Shown here piece by piece: positions 41,031 through 57,620 of a stretch of 64,000 nucleotides of DNA. This DNA is from Octopus vulgaris. Taxonomy: Eukaryota. The DNA is taken from the NCBI GenBank assembly GCA_951406725.2, contig OX597825.1, forward strand, positions 77,190,001 through 77,254,000, in the 5' to 3' direction. Position 1 is the first letter of the stretch. The number at the start of each line of letters is the position of its first letter. A model generated the notes under the pieces. The model saw only the letters and a program-made list of their open reading frames with translations, searched no databases and was not told the origin of the DNA. The position numbers and the translations under genes are program-made.

Positions 41031-42914
41031 ACCCAACACCTCCACCACCCCACAATGTTCTATCAGTACGTAGTGCATTATTAGGCCGTTACCATTTGTC
41101 CGTACCCAATACTGACACCTCCTCTGCATTGTTGAAGACGTCCTTATACTCAGTTGTTTATTTTTCTAACAAGTCAACGATATTGCTATGACCTTTGAGA
41201 AACACAGGAATTCCGCAGAAACATGTACGCCATATTGAGGCACAAATATGTTGTTAGTACGCTGGACTCCTACATAGTGTTGTTAGTTTGCTACATTGAT
41301 GACTACATTGTTTTCATTAAGCACAGTATCCTCATCCAGATAAAAGCTTCTCAAACGTTATTCAACAAACCATTTATCTTTTGCTAACACGTTTCAACGC
41401 CTCTTCAGTTAATTTTTAATGCATATAAACGTAATATCAGACCGGAATAATATATTTCCGGGTACTAGCTGCAGGCGAATGTCTACTTACAAAAGTACCA
41501 CTCACCTATAAGTAAATATTTGACGCCCCACCACTTGACCGTAGCTTTTGACTCAACATATAGAACGTGGCATCAGCAAACTCAGGCACGTACTTTAAGT
41601 ACTCCACACACGCGCGTGCACGCACAAGGAGCTTGGTTCCCAAACATGAGTCTCGCCTGGTGAGGTTCCGCTGATACAAAACCAGATATGCAGGAAATGG
41701 CGCTGAACATTTTAGGGGACTTTTCCTTGCACTTGAGATCGTGCCGGCCCCACATTCCTCAGCGTGTGACCCATACTGGCATCGGATATCTTGCCCTGGC
41801 TTATCTTTGGATTGTCTCAGTAGATGGAGAGGGTTCGCGAGGCGCTGTACAAGCTAAAATATCAGGTTGTGCTATCGCCGGCGAGGCAACAACCCGATGC
41901 CCGGTCGAGTAGATAAGTTATTGAACATGGATGGAATATGCAGACGTGAACGCTGGGTAACTAGTATTTTACCCGGGAAATGGTCAGTGATGACCTCCCT
42001 CTCTCACGAGGAGACAGTGACCATATGTGTGTGTGTGTGTATGTATATGTATGTATATATATATATACATATATACATATACACATATATTAGCATACAC
42101 ACACACACATGCATACATACATATATACGTAATACTTACACACACATACACACATATGTATGAATGTATGTCGTTATATTTATGTATGTGAGTGTGTGCT
42201 TATAAGTTTATGTAAATATGTACACACATACATAGGTATTTAGAACATCAGAAATACTTAGATAAAATGATAGGGGTGGAGTGAGTGAATACTGAAAGAA
42301 AGAGTAAGAAAAAGACTGAACAAGAGGGAGAGATAGAGAGAGAGACAGAGAGGGAGGGAGAGGATGAGTAAAGAAAGTAATGGGGGAGGGGGAGGAGAAG
42401 AAGAAGGAGAACTGCGGAAGGAAGGGAATCGGAGTGATTAACTTCAGTGATCACAGAGAAATAATTACATTGAACAGCTGTGGTTGCAGCGGCAGCAGTA
42501 GCAGCAGCAGCAGCGGCAGCAGTTGCCACCTCACCACCAGGTCCACCACCATCGTCACCACCACCACCACCACCGATGCTATCACGAGTTCGGTTCTCAT
42601 CTCGTCATCACCATCATCAGGAGAGTCACACAGTGAGGTACTTTCGTCTAGAAGCCTCTATGCCACTACAACCACCACCACCACCACCACCAACAACAAC
42701 AACACTACCACCACTAACATTACCACCACTACTACTATTAGCACCATCCTTACCACGAGCAACGCCAATATTGCCTCCATCACCGTCATCTCCGCCACCA
42801 CCGCCACTACAACCATCACTACCACAAATTCCACCGCTACCGTTACTACTGCCATCACCACGACCGTTACTAACACCAAAACAACAACAACCTTCACTGC
42901 TGCCACTGCTGCTG

Positions 42915-43013
<99 letters not shown>

Positions 43014-43289
43014 TTACTACTACTACCACTTCTACTACTACCAGTTTTAATTAATTTCTTCGCTTTTTCTACTACCACATCCAGCAACACCATCAATACC
43101 GTCATCACTACCCCACCACCATTACTACCACCAAATCCACCAACACCACGACTACCACAACCACCACCACTACAATCACCACCGCCACAACCACAACCAC
43201 CACAACTACCTCTTTCATTGCACCAGTAGGGAACGAGACTGTACGGAGTCACTGAACTAGCGAAAAATAACAACCAGGTCTCCCTTAAA

Positions 43290-43470
43290 ACGCACATTAT
43301 TATCACTCCGGATAAAATGCTTAGTAGCATTTAATCCGGCTTTTATGCTCTCAGCCCAAATTGCGTCAAGGTTGGCTTTGTCTTTTACCCTTTCGGGGCC
43401 GATTAGGTAAGTCGAGGTAATCGAGTGGACAGCGCCCCGCAATTTCAGGCCTTGTGCCTATACTAGAAAC
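43290..43470 (+). mobile_element. Degenerate SINE B (B2 tail)
   Basis: ccctttcggggccgat...aatttcaggccttgtgcctata. Confidence 0.75.
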
Positions 43471-43706
43471 AATTGTCTTCAAAATGAATAGGGGCGCTAG
43501 ATAATGTAGTTATAATAAAATATCATGAAAAGTGGGGAGGGTCACGGCCGGAGTGTATCTGATCATATTACTCAACTAGCAGAAAATAAAACTAAATCTC
43601 ACTCAAATTACACATTATTGTCTTACAAAAAAACACATATAATGTAGAGTGAAAGACTATGAAAAGTTGGGAGAGTCTCGGTCAGAGTGTCGCTGACCAT
43701 ATATCT

Positions 43707-44131
43707 ATCGGAGTACATTTCTCCCTTCATAAGATGTGTGTTCATAACATGCGCTATTTGCCGGTTTAAAGGGACTTTGTGACATTGTGATGTTTCGACC
43801 TCGTTGTGTGTCTCCTCACTCAAAGTTATCCCGCCGGACCGACGAATCTGATAAGGAGACGTTCGAATCTGCCAAAACGTTATTATTTGGAGTCTCTCTG
43901 TTCGGCTTGTACCATATGAATAATAATCTATTCGGTAGACATCATGAGAAAATACTTTGCTGATTTCTATAATCAAGAGCTCGTGCATTTGTAAAATTTA
44001 TCAGTCCGATGTGGTAGCGTTGTCTGAGAACGCACATAACGAGGTCGAAACACTGCGATATTCCGAAGTACCTTTAAATCGGCGAATCATGTTATGAACG
44101 CATCATCAAAAGCGGGGAGGTATTCTCCGAT
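43707..44131. mobile_element. MITE/foldback element with about 140-bp diverged inverted arms
   Basis: gttcataacatg / catgttatgaac; tgtttcgacctcgtt / aacgaggtcgaaaca; atcggag / ctccgat. Confidence 0.8.
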
Positions 44132-44436
44132 GACGAAAAACAACAGTCATCATATACACATATATACATACATACATGCACACAAACACACACACACAGA
44201 TATATATATATATATATATATATATACACTTACACACACACACATACATGCATATATGCATACACTTACATAATTACATACGTACATACATGCATACAAA
44301 CATACATACATACATAAATAAATAAATAAATACATACATGCATACATACATACATACATACATACATACATACATACATACATACATACATACATACATA
44401 CATACATACATACATGCATGCATACAAATATGTCCT

Positions 44437-44530
44437 GTTGTTGATGATAAAGGAGACTTGAATCTAGGTTAGAAACCGGCTCATTTTCTATTGGCAAGAA
44501 ATCTTGAAATAAATCTGCTCAATGACATAC
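44437..44530. mobile_element. Dispersed repeat (family F) flanked by (TACA)n
   Basis: Reverse-complement copy at 49887-49992 (ggtttctaacctagat, tcaagatttc.tgccaataga). Confidence 0.75.
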
Positions 44531-45184
44531 ACATACACACACATCGGTGTGTTATGCAAACAGGAAAAATAGAACTCAAAACATGAGTATATGTATAGTT
44601 TAGCATTCAACTGAAGGATTACTTAATACTTGTTAATAGAAAACTTAGTTCCTAATTTTTACATGGAAAATATTACACGCGCACGCACACACACACAAGC
44701 ATGAACGTGCACAGACACGCCTCACACACACACACACGCGCACACACATACACACACACAGAGGCTCATATCTCTCTGTGTGTATGCAAATCTACATATA
44801 TTTATATGTTTGCATGTATGTTTGTATGTAGGTATGAGGAACTCCTTCACCTGTTTCAGGAATTTCCGTAGAAGATTCATAAGAAACTTCTCTCCCTTTC
44901 TGTGGCAAACCCTAAAAAATGCTAATGTACCACATAAGCCATATATTAGTGTTGTGCAGCAGAGCAAGACGGTGCAGCTACAGACTTACATCAAAGCATT
45001 TCTGCACCTCTTCCGACATTCAGTTAAGAAACCTCTGCGTGTGTGTTGACTCATTTAACAGCTTTACTTACAGTGTTACTTGACATCATAACACCTATTC
45101 ACTGATTGAAGCATCTCGACTGAATTCTGCTCGACTCGTAGGTTTAAATGATATCTAATACATTAGTATACACACACACTCACA

Positions 45185-45245
<61 letters not shown>

Positions 45246-45761
45246 ACACACAGACACACACACACACATGCAAATATCATCTCTCTTTCTCTCTCTCTCT
45301 CTCCCTGCATGCATATATATATATATTATATATGGTAAGGAGAGTTGGCGGTTGTAGTACCCGACTAAGGGATAAACATATCCGTATTTACTATCGGCAT
45401 CAGTTACCAGTGTTATCGCTGGGCATGAGTACGTAGGCACACTATGCTCGTAGGGTTCAGGTAATATACTGAGCCTTCTGGCCTCTCCTTGAGGCCCTGT
45501 CCTTTCCTATTCACTCTTCTCTTAGATTTTTTTCATTTTACGCGTTTCTATTCAGTCTGATGAAGCTCCATATACTAGATCGAATGTCCTAAGATGACGA
45601 ATATTATTTTCAAAATACTTTCGTAAACACCGACAATCATTGTAAGCAGAAACGGCCGTAAGAAATGTTATGTCATGTTTTGCATTAAAAAATAATCTAC
45701 AGATGTGGTCCAATATTTTCGTTTGTTGATCAAAAGTTTTCTCCATTTTCTGATTATTTAA

Positions 45762-45829
<68 letters not shown>

Positions 45830-45951
45830 TGTATATATATACAGATAGATAGAGAGAGATATATATTATTCATGTATATATATATATACATATATATTAT
45901 TAATGTATAAATATATATATATGTCTATATCTATATCTATATCCATATCTG

Positions 45952-46045
<94 letters not shown>

Positions 46046-46106
46046 GATTATATATTATATATTATATATATGATTATAAATATATATGTTTGTATAGGAT
46101 TATAAT

Positions 46107-47354
46107 AGAGTAAGTCAAAAGCTATATGCACTCTCGTTTCTGCAATTTGTGAAGAGAAGATTTGGGGTTGAACGATTACATTTTTCGACATTAGTCTCTT
46201 TAATTTCCGATGCACGAAATCGAGCGATCCACAATCTCTTTTATTTCTTCAGTGAAGAAGGTTTTCGGTTGGTTACGCAACCATTTAATCACTGCTTCCT
46301 GCACTTATTTGTCCGTCGCAAATCAACGACCTCACAAAGAATGATTAAGCATCTAAAGAAGTGATAGTCGCAAAGGAGCGAAATCCACACGTTATGTCGA
46401 GTATCCCAGCAACTCTAAAACGCAATTTCTCAATGGTTTCTACGGTGTTGGCGGCCGTATGTGGGTGTGCATTATCGTACAACAATGACACTTGCTTTGA
46501 TACGAACCTCGACCACGGGTGCAAATTCTTGGTTTCAGTTTGTTGACCAGTATTGGTGACTGTAGACCACTGTTCCAGGTACTGTTCAAATATAAACCAT
46601 TTTGCATCCCCCAAGAAAGGCTACCATAATTTTTCTGCAGACGTTTCAGTCTCGAATATATTTTACGCAGGCTGGCGATTCAGAGTGTTTTCACCCCACA
46701 TCCTGCCTTTAAGATTCTGGCTCAAAGTGATGAACCTAAGTTTCATCAACTGTGTCTATTCTATCCAGCACCCATCAAAAAATTCTTCGCATTCATTGTT
46801 GAAGCGTTCGAGTAAGCATTGACAGATCTCCACACTACTGCTCTTGTGCTCTTCAGTAGGCTTTCCTGGCATCCACTAGACACGGACTTGTGCTGAATGA
46901 TTTCGAGTGCAGAACCATAGCTAGCATGCAGAGAACATGTCACCTCATCGATGATTACTCATCAGTTCGCTAAAACCATCTCACGAACTTTTTGAATTTT
47001 TCCCTTCACGTATGTGCAAACATTTTTAACGTCACGATCTACTCATACGCATCCATACGCGGGTAGAGCGCAATCCCCGTATTGTAATCAAAGCCTGCAA
47101 AGAATTTCAGCCCCTAACACATCTTCAGAGCAGAGAAATCGGAACATTGGTCTCTGTTTTGCCTTGGTGCTTACTGCCAGCGGAAGGGTGATGTTTACTC
47201 TGTAACGCAAGTTAAAAAAAATATGGACGTTCAAGACAAACCACAATTGCGAAACCACAAGATTATCACTTTTTAGCACGCGAGCGCCGAGAGTAGTGTA
47301 GAGAACCTAAAGAAAGTTTTGGTGAAAGTGCGGAAAATATTTGACTTCGCCTCG
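46107..47354 (-). mobile_element. Decayed mariner element
   Basis: KQRPMFRFL N-terminus, LLYDNAHPHTA and DFAP.DYHFF motifs; diverged TIRs sharing aagtcaaa...gcact. Confidence 0.8.
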
Positions 47355-47397
47355 CATATATTAAATATATCTATGTATATGTAGAAATACATATATA

Positions 47398-48658
47398 CAA
47401 AGTGCGATGGGTAAATTGTTACCATTTTATATTTTTAATTTCGCGCATTCGTATTGTTTGTTTTTCGTTTTGTCGAGTACACAGCATAGCAGGGTCGATT
47501 GGGCACCATCTGTGAGAAAAACGTTACTATGACTCAATCCACTCTGCCAGAAATTTGGAAATCACATGCTGTATTGCTTGGCATTCGCGCCGGAAGCTCC
47601 AATACGAACATTTCAGAGTGTTGGGTGTCAATCTGAGGGTAGTACAGAGAATTTGGAAAGAGTTGGATTAGTCTAATGGTAATTAAGAAGTTACGACAGT
47701 TCGGTAAACTAACTCTGACCGTTCTGATGAGAAAAGAACTCCTGAATTTGTCGATGAGATCCAGGCCATGATTGGAAACGATTCCGCCAGGGACATGGGA
47801 ATGTTTAACTTTCTTATTAGGCACGTAGTGAATGAAGACATTCGGTATTCCTCATACAAGATGAGAAAGGAACAATTTTACCTCAAGCCATCAACGACGA
47901 GAGAAAAGACAATGGTGTGAAGCTTTTGAACAAGCTGAAGCATCCCTTCCAACCGAACGTGATTTGGTTTTTCTCAGACGATATAAATTTCTGCCAGGGT
48001 CAGATGGGAAACACACAGAACAACTGTTGGCTTGCCGTGTCCCCCAAACATGTACCAGGAGTAATAAAACCAAGCATCTTGTCATCATCATGGTGTCTGG
48101 AGTGATCACTAGTGATGGCGACGTTATGCCTTCATTCACCTTCTCACATAGCTTCAAACTCAAGTCGGAGGCTTACATCAAGTGCGTAGAGGAGGTAGTG
48201 CTGCCTTGGGTCAAGAGTGTGGCTGCTGGATGACTCTGCATGATGCCACACAACTAGGAGAATCCAATCCTGGCTGTCAGACAATTTCTGCGACAACGCG
48301 ACCCCTAACATCTGGCTACATAACTCCCCAGACTGCAACCCCCTTGTTTGAATGTATGGGGCATAGTTGATAAAGAGAGATCAACAAAACTGCTTGTAAC
48401 ACCAAAGATGAACTGAAGGCAAGGATTATGGCAGCATTCACCAACTTAAACAAAGAGACCATCCAGAAGAGTTGCAGGAGATTCCGAATTCACCTGAAGG
48501 CCGTGGTTGAAGCCAATGGCGATGTTATTCAATGAACTTACTCTTTAGTATTTCATGATATATTTATCTAATTATGATAAATATATCTGTTTAAATAAGA
48601 TGTCAGTGTTATTTACATTTTTGCGTAATTTAGACGACAGTATATTAACCGCACCCAG
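47398..48658 (+). mobile_element. Second maT (DD37D) copy, pseudogenised
   Basis: Collinear with 17515-18781; WFFSDDINF, MVSGVITSDG, NSPDCNPL; TA flanks. Confidence 0.9.
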
Positions 48659-48661
48659 TAT

Positions 48662-48724
<63 letters not shown>

Positions 48725-48727
<3 letters not shown>

Positions 48728-48791
48728 TGATGGCCATAAGTCACTTTATTATAATCATTATTGAAAATAGGTAAAGCGACTTATACCACCC

Positions 48792-48794
<3 letters not shown>
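48725..48794. mobile_element. 70-bp Tc1-type mini-MITE in (TA)n
   Basis: cagtgatggccataagtcacttta / taaagcgacttataccacccctg, with TA on both sides. Confidence 0.6.
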
Positions 48795-48845
<51 letters not shown>

Positions 48846-49228
48846 GCGTGTGTGTATGTATGTGTATGTGTGTGTGTGTGTAGATATAGGTACAGATACA
48901 GATATAGATATATATTGGGGATGTGCGAGCGTGTGTATTTGCATGTCTATGTTTGTAATAAAAGATCGAATGTCCTTCCCGAGCAACAAGCGTTGATTCT
49001 GGGTTGAGTATATATATATCCCCGCTGACCCTGAACGGAAGCCGGTCTGTCTCGGGATTACTAATTAATGGGAAAATATCTTCTATGATATATAGCCCTG
49101 AAAGTGGATTAGTGAGATGGAAACTGAAAGAATCGTGATTCGGCAAAAGTGACGAATAGAAAAAATATAAGTATATAAAAAAAGTACTGGGATCAATTTG
49201 CTCGATCTTCAATATATACACAATAGAC

Positions 49229-49265
<37 letters not shown>

Positions 49266-49511
49266 TGCAAGCTAGAGTAGCATCAACTCTTAAGGGTTAG
49301 TCACATTTAGGTGGCAAATTTACTTCACGATGTCATGCAGCTACTGTTTATATCTCGCTCAAAGATTTATTATTTTATATATATACATACATACATATAC
49401 ATACATACATACATACATACATACATACATACATACATACATACATACACACACACACATATATACATACATACATACATACATACATACATACATACAT
49501 ACATACATACA

Positions 49512-49542
<31 letters not shown>

Positions 49543-51226
49543 CCATACACACACACACACATACACATATATATAATGAGATTGTTACCTAACACTCCGC
49601 TGAACCTTTAGTGTGGAACCAATCTGTAAGCTCAGCCTTAATGGATATATAATACTGTACGCTTCGATTAATATACCCATTGTATTGACAGATATATGTG
49701 TGCAATTTTTCTTGACTTATAGACTCCTGACGACGTACACACACACACACACACACACACACGTACACACCCACGTACACACCCACATGTACGTATATGT
49801 ATGTATATGTGTGTGTGTATATAAATATATGTGTGTATGTATGTGTATGAATGCATTTACACACACACACATATATAGATATATACGTATGTCATTGTTC
49901 GGTTCTATCTCAAGATTTCCTGCCAATAGAGAAAAACCCGGTTTCTAACCTAGATCCAAGGCTACTTTATTGGAATTTCAACATCAACAGCAGAATCTTT
50001 TTGTATGTATGTATGTATGTATGTATGTATATATGTATGCATGTATGTATGTATGTGTGTATGTATGTATGTGTGTATATATGCATGTATGTATGTAAGT
50101 ATATGTGTATGTATGTATATATGCAAATTTCTATGTTTGGCTTTATTTATGTATTCTCATGCATATAGTTGCATATCTAGTCATGCTCATATATATTTAA
50201 ATGATAAACTTCTGGAAAGTTTTACAGATTTGTACAGTTCCAGTGATAGATTAGATCTGTAGTCTTCGAATCAGCTTTCTCCTTTCTGGTTGTGAGGAGC
50301 CAAATTTCTCAAGATTGATATTTAGGCAGTGTGTTACATATCCCATGTATGTATGCTTGTATGTATGTATGTATGCATGTAATGTATGTATGTATGTATG
50401 TATGTATGTATGTATGTATGTATGTATGCATGTACGTATGTATGTTGCAAGCTTATGTAAAAGCAAAGCCTATTTCAATTTATTTCCTTCTATCACTCGA
50501 CTGTGACCTGGCAGGGGAACTACCTTCAAACTCCTTGGGCATAATTCTCTCTGGCATCTTTTCATGTTTGTGTATTGTCATAAGCTAACGAGAATATTCT
50601 TGTCTTGCTTGTTAGGCAGAAAATTGCCTGAGACCTTGGAACTTTTGCTAGCAACGCGAGATAATTATGTGTGAGAAATAGAAGTTTTTCTCAAGTTGGA
50701 TGCCCTAAACCAAACGATTGCAATAGAGAGGATCCCTCCAAAACCACCCAATGAAACAGCTATTGATGTTAAAACAGGTGATGGATAAATTCTGCTGCCC
50801 AAATAAGCTGGTGTATGACTTGTACACAGCACTTAGATATCACGAATAAAAACCGTGCAACAGCAAGACGCCTCGTCCACCAGTCTTACAGACTTGGTTA
50901 ATCCACAGTCTGAAAACGGTTCTTATTTTTATCGACCCCCAAAAGGATGAAGGGCAAAGATCTCCTTCAAAGAATTTGAATTTGGAACGCAAAGAATTTG
51001 TAAGCTTAGGTGTGTTCCGTAGGCTAATGATAACCTAGGCTTTGAACTCAATGATCAAAGAGTGAGAAGAAATACAGCAGATCATTCAGTCTGAAGCTCT
51101 AAAGAATTTGCTGCTTGGTTTCTGAGGGGAAAGTAATAACTGTCGGCCCGTCATTTTAGACTTCGTTGGCAGGAAAGAGCAGCAGAAACGTGAATGAACA
51201 AATGTGGAAGATTTACAATGCATTTC

Positions 51227-51315
<89 letters not shown>

Positions 51316-51423
51316 CCTACGGATACATATGTATATAGACATATTTATGTGCGTGCGTGTATATGTGTGTGTGTATAAATATAAGAATATATATAAGCAT
51401 ATATACATGTATATATACATACA

Positions 51424-51476
<53 letters not shown>

Positions 51477-51675
51477 GTGTGTGTATGTATATATATATGT
51501 ATGTATGTATATACATACTTATATACATCCGTACATACGTAAATGCATATAAACATACATACGTACATACATACATACATGGGCACACTACGCAAAGGGA
51601 AGTAACCGTAGTTCCGCAACAAAGTAAGAAAAACACTGATTTCATTCACACACACAAACACACACACACATTATG

Positions 51676-51725
<50 letters not shown>

Positions 51726-52391
51726 AATAGGGGTATGTGTGGGTATATGAACGTAAAGGTGTCCGCATTAAATTACATAAAATGGTTCCATCATCATTTG
51801 ATTGTCCCAAGTTTTAATTATAATACGCATAGAAATCTACAGACATGCGCGTCTGTATAGACACACATTCACAAAGTCATGCGCATGCGCACCGTAAACG
51901 AACTTAAAATACACACAGCTGTTGAGCTAACACTTGCAACAGCCGGACCGGTGTGTCTAAATGTATGTATGTATGTGTGCGTGTAAGTATGTGTGTATGT
52001 ATGTATGTATGTATGTATGTATGTATGTATGTATGTATGTATGTATGTATGTATGTATGTGTGTATGCATGTGTGTATGTATGTGTGTATGTATGTATGT
52101 ATGTATGTATGTATGTATGTATGTAGGGTATGTATGTATGTGTGTATGTCTGTGTGTATGTATGTATGTATGTATGTATGTATGTCTGTATGTATGTATA
52201 TGTATGTATGAATGTATATATGTGTGTGTGTGCGAATCCATGTATGTATGTGTGTATGTATGAATGTATGTATGTATGTATGAATGTATGTATGTATGTG
52301 TGCATGTGCGTATGCCTGTCGGTATGCTTGTATGTATGTGTATAAATATGTATATATATATATGTATGTATATATACATATATATGTAAAT

Positions 52392-52422
<31 letters not shown>

Positions 52423-52559
52423 TATATATATATATACATATATATGTATACACACACACACACAGACATATATATATAGAGATAGATAGATTTATACACA
52501 CATATATCATTGTATACTTGTGAGTGCATGTATATGTATTTATATATGAATGTCTATCA

Positions 52560-52790
<231 letters not shown>

Positions 52791-53428
52791 TCTATGTGAC
52801 TATTAACCTATATATATCCCCGCGCACACACATACACTCGCGCATGCATGCATGCACACCTTCGTGCACTTTTCGTACTGCCTATCTTGTCTATAACTGC
52901 ACTAACATTTACTTATATGCTTTGTGTTCTTAATTTCCGTTCCACCAGTCCGTTCTTGGAAGGTTCCAGAAGCATTTCAAGGAATTTGTTGTTTTTATCT
53001 GAAAATGATTGTTAGCCCCTTCCACCACAGTTCCCCTTTCCTGCTGAAAGGGTTTCAATTTTGTGTTTCCCCACATCTCCTCACCCTTCTTTCAACCTTT
53101 TTGCAAATATGGCGAATTGGCACTGTCTTCAACGTGTAGAATACAAGACATCCTTGTATATTTTCCGATTCTGTTCCTCCTGGAAGTTCACATCCTCTCG
53201 AGAACGACTTTGCCTTTCATCATTTTGGTAGTTGATACACACACACACGCACACACACGCACTCACACACACATACACACACACACATACACATGTAGTG
53301 TTGTAGTGATTTCGAAGTTTCGGCCTGTCAACCTTTGTCCGAATGTGTACAATCATTCATTCATTCATACATACATGTACATACGTATATGTATGTGTAT
53401 ATATATATGTATATATACATAAGTTCGT

Positions 53429-53485
<57 letters not shown>

Positions 53486-53545
53486 ATGTATATATGTACG
53501 TATATGCATACGCACATAGTGGTAGACAGATACTGAAAGCTTTTC

Positions 53546-53598
<53 letters not shown>

Positions 53599-53900
53599 TG
53601 CAGCCATCAGATAAGGGAGATGATGTTATCTGACTCGTTTCCCTCTGTTTGAAATGGCTGGCCTTTCCTACAATTTGAACGAAAATCCATTAATTAGAAT
53701 TAAAATTTGATGAAAATTGTATGAAAACTGCTGTGTCTTGAAGATCGTCTGGAAAAAAATCTGAACGTGTCTATCTATTTGCCCTGCGTGGCACCTTGAG
53801 CAAGCTTCTATTGCAGCCTGGGGCTGACCAAAGTCTTATGAGTAGATTTAGTTGACGAAAACTGTGTTGAAGCTCTATATATGTATGTGTGTGTACGTAT

Positions 53901-53951
<51 letters not shown>

Positions 53952-53976
53952 CGTGTGCGTGTATAGATATATATAT

Positions 53977-54458
<482 letters not shown>

Positions 54459-54572
54459 TATTTCATAGGATTAAAACTTCTTCATGACGGTGCCCCAGCA
54501 TGGTCACATTGTAATGACTGAAACATGAAAAAGTTTAAAGAAAAGATGTATATATACATATATATATATATA

Positions 54573-55102
<530 letters not shown>

Positions 55103-55105
55103 TAT

Positions 55106-55154
<49 letters not shown>

Positions 55155-55522
55155 CATACATTCATACATACGTACGTACATACATACATACATACATACA
55201 TACATACATGCATACATACATGCATACATACATACATACATACATACATACATACATACATACATACATACATACATACATACATACATACATACATGCA
55301 TGCATACATACATACATACATACATACATACATACATACATGCATACATACATGCATACATACATACATACATACATACATACATACATACATACATACA
55401 TACATGCATACATACATGCATACATAAATACATACATACATACATGCATACATACATACATACATGCATACATACATACATACACGTATAGTTATATATT
55501 CATATACACACATATACACTCA

Positions 55523-55843
55523 TATTCTTTTACTTGTTACAGTCATTTGCCTGCGGCGATGCTGGAGTATCGCCTTTAGTCGAGCGAATCGATCCTGGGA
55601 CTTATTCTTTGTAAGCCTAGTATTTATTCTACTGCTAATTTACGGGGACGTAAACACACAAGCATCGGTTGTCAGGCGATGTTGGGGACAATCACAGAAA
55701 TACATGCGCACACATACATATATACTTACATACACACATACATGCATATATACATACATACACACATACATGCATATATACATACATATATACATACATA
55801 CATACATACATATATACATATATACATACATACATATATACAG

Positions 55844-55888
<45 letters not shown>

Positions 55889-56050
55889 TATATACGACAG
55901 GCTTTTTTATTTCAGTTTCCGCCCACTAAATCCACTCACAAGTCTTTATTCGGCTAGAGGCTATAGTAGAAGACACTTGCCCAAGGTGCCAAGCAGTGGG
56001 ACTGAACCTGGAACTATGTGGTTGGTAAGCAAGCTACGTACCACGCAGCC
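55523..56050 (-). mobile_element. SINE A with expanded internal microsatellite
   Basis: Both halves match family A; about 190-bp tract. Confidence 0.88.
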
Positions 56051-56270
56051 ATGGATGTATTTATACATATATGTGTATTTATGAATGTGTGGCAACGATG
56101 TGAATCCGTACGTGCCTATTCTCCATAGTAAAGGATGTGTATAATCGAGGGTGTATAAACTGACATCTATTTTATACGCACATATATTTATAATTAAATC
56201 GGGGAAGAAAGGTGGATAAATGTACTGTTTTGAAGTACATGTAATGGCCCGAGATCGTTAGGACATGTGT

Positions 56271-56334
<64 letters not shown>

Positions 56335-56344
56335 TTGTGTGTGT

Positions 56345-56575
56345 GTGTGTGTAAGGGTATGTGTTTTTCTGCCTCTGTTTGTCCCCTCAACACCTATTGA
56401 CAACAGGTGCTGGAGCGTTCAAGTTCCCGTAACGTAGCGGTTTTACAAAAAAGGTCCGATACAGTAAAAAAAAGGGTCCGATATAGAAAATATTACATCT
56501 TCTGGGGTCGATTCCTTGGACTAAAAATTAAAGGTGGTGCTCCAACTTGGCCGCTGACTAAATGAATAAAGAAAG
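56345..56575 (+). mobile_element. Degenerate SINE A 3' half
   Basis: tttgtcccc...ttgacaac...cgtaacgtagcggtt...aaaggtggtgctcca. Confidence 0.7.
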
Positions 56576-56766
56576 TTAAAAAATAAATTAATGAAAGAAG
56601 AAAAAAATAAACATAAATACAAATATGTATGTGTGTGTATGCGTGTGTGTGTGCGTGTGTGTGTGCGTGTGAGTGTGTGTATAATATATATACATGTATA
56701 TGTATATACACAGACACACATACGCATATATATATATACTATATATATGTATATAATTATATATAA

Positions 56767-56822
<56 letters not shown>

Positions 56823-57583
56823 ATATGTATATACACACATATATATGTGTATACACAAATACATGTATATGCGTATATATATATATGTATATATACACAC
56901 ACATATATGTGTATACACAAATGCATGTATATGCGTACATATATAACATAATATATATATACATATATTTGTCTGTATGCACATATGCACACGCGCACGG
57001 CCGAACGAACGCACGCACACACTCACGTAAGCCTGGACAATTGTGTATGTGTCTGTGTACGCATGCGTGTGTCTTTCTCTTATGCATCGAGAGCCAAGAG
57101 TCGTGTTGTTTATATTCATGTTCCCAACTTTGTTTCGGTCGTGCTAACCAACGCTTGTTCGTGTGTTCGGCTCTTCTTTCGTAAGTATATATATATATAT
57201 TCTGTTCGTGTTCCAGTGTGTATATATTGCTTTCTGTATAAATATGTATAAATACGAGTGTATAGATTTGATTGTATATATTTACGCAAACAGACTTAAC
57301 TCTCGCACATATATGTATATAGTGTTGAGTGTGTGTGTGTGTCTGTGTGTGTGTGTGAAAACAGCTTATTTTTGTTGTTCTTTGCTTAAGAAGCGAGTGA
57401 AGCTCGCATATGCTTGTGTATATATGTGTGTAAATGTTTCACGTATGGGCATAAGCGAGCGTATATATGTATGCATGTATGTGTGCGTGTGTGGAGGGGT
57501 GAGAGAGAAAGAAAGAGAGAGGGAGAGAAAGAGGGAAAGAGTGCGGTTGTATGTGGGTGTGTGTGTATTTATATACACACATA

Positions 57584-57620
<37 letters not shown>

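Noticed and set aside
42380-43330. 224-249 aa Thr/Pro/Gly-rich ORFs
   Set aside because: Degenerate ACC/ACT/GCT repeats open in four frames; no domain, though an exon cannot be fully excluded
52930-53220. Possible CR1 remnant on the minus strand
   Set aside because: Only faint motif resemblance; too degenerate to call
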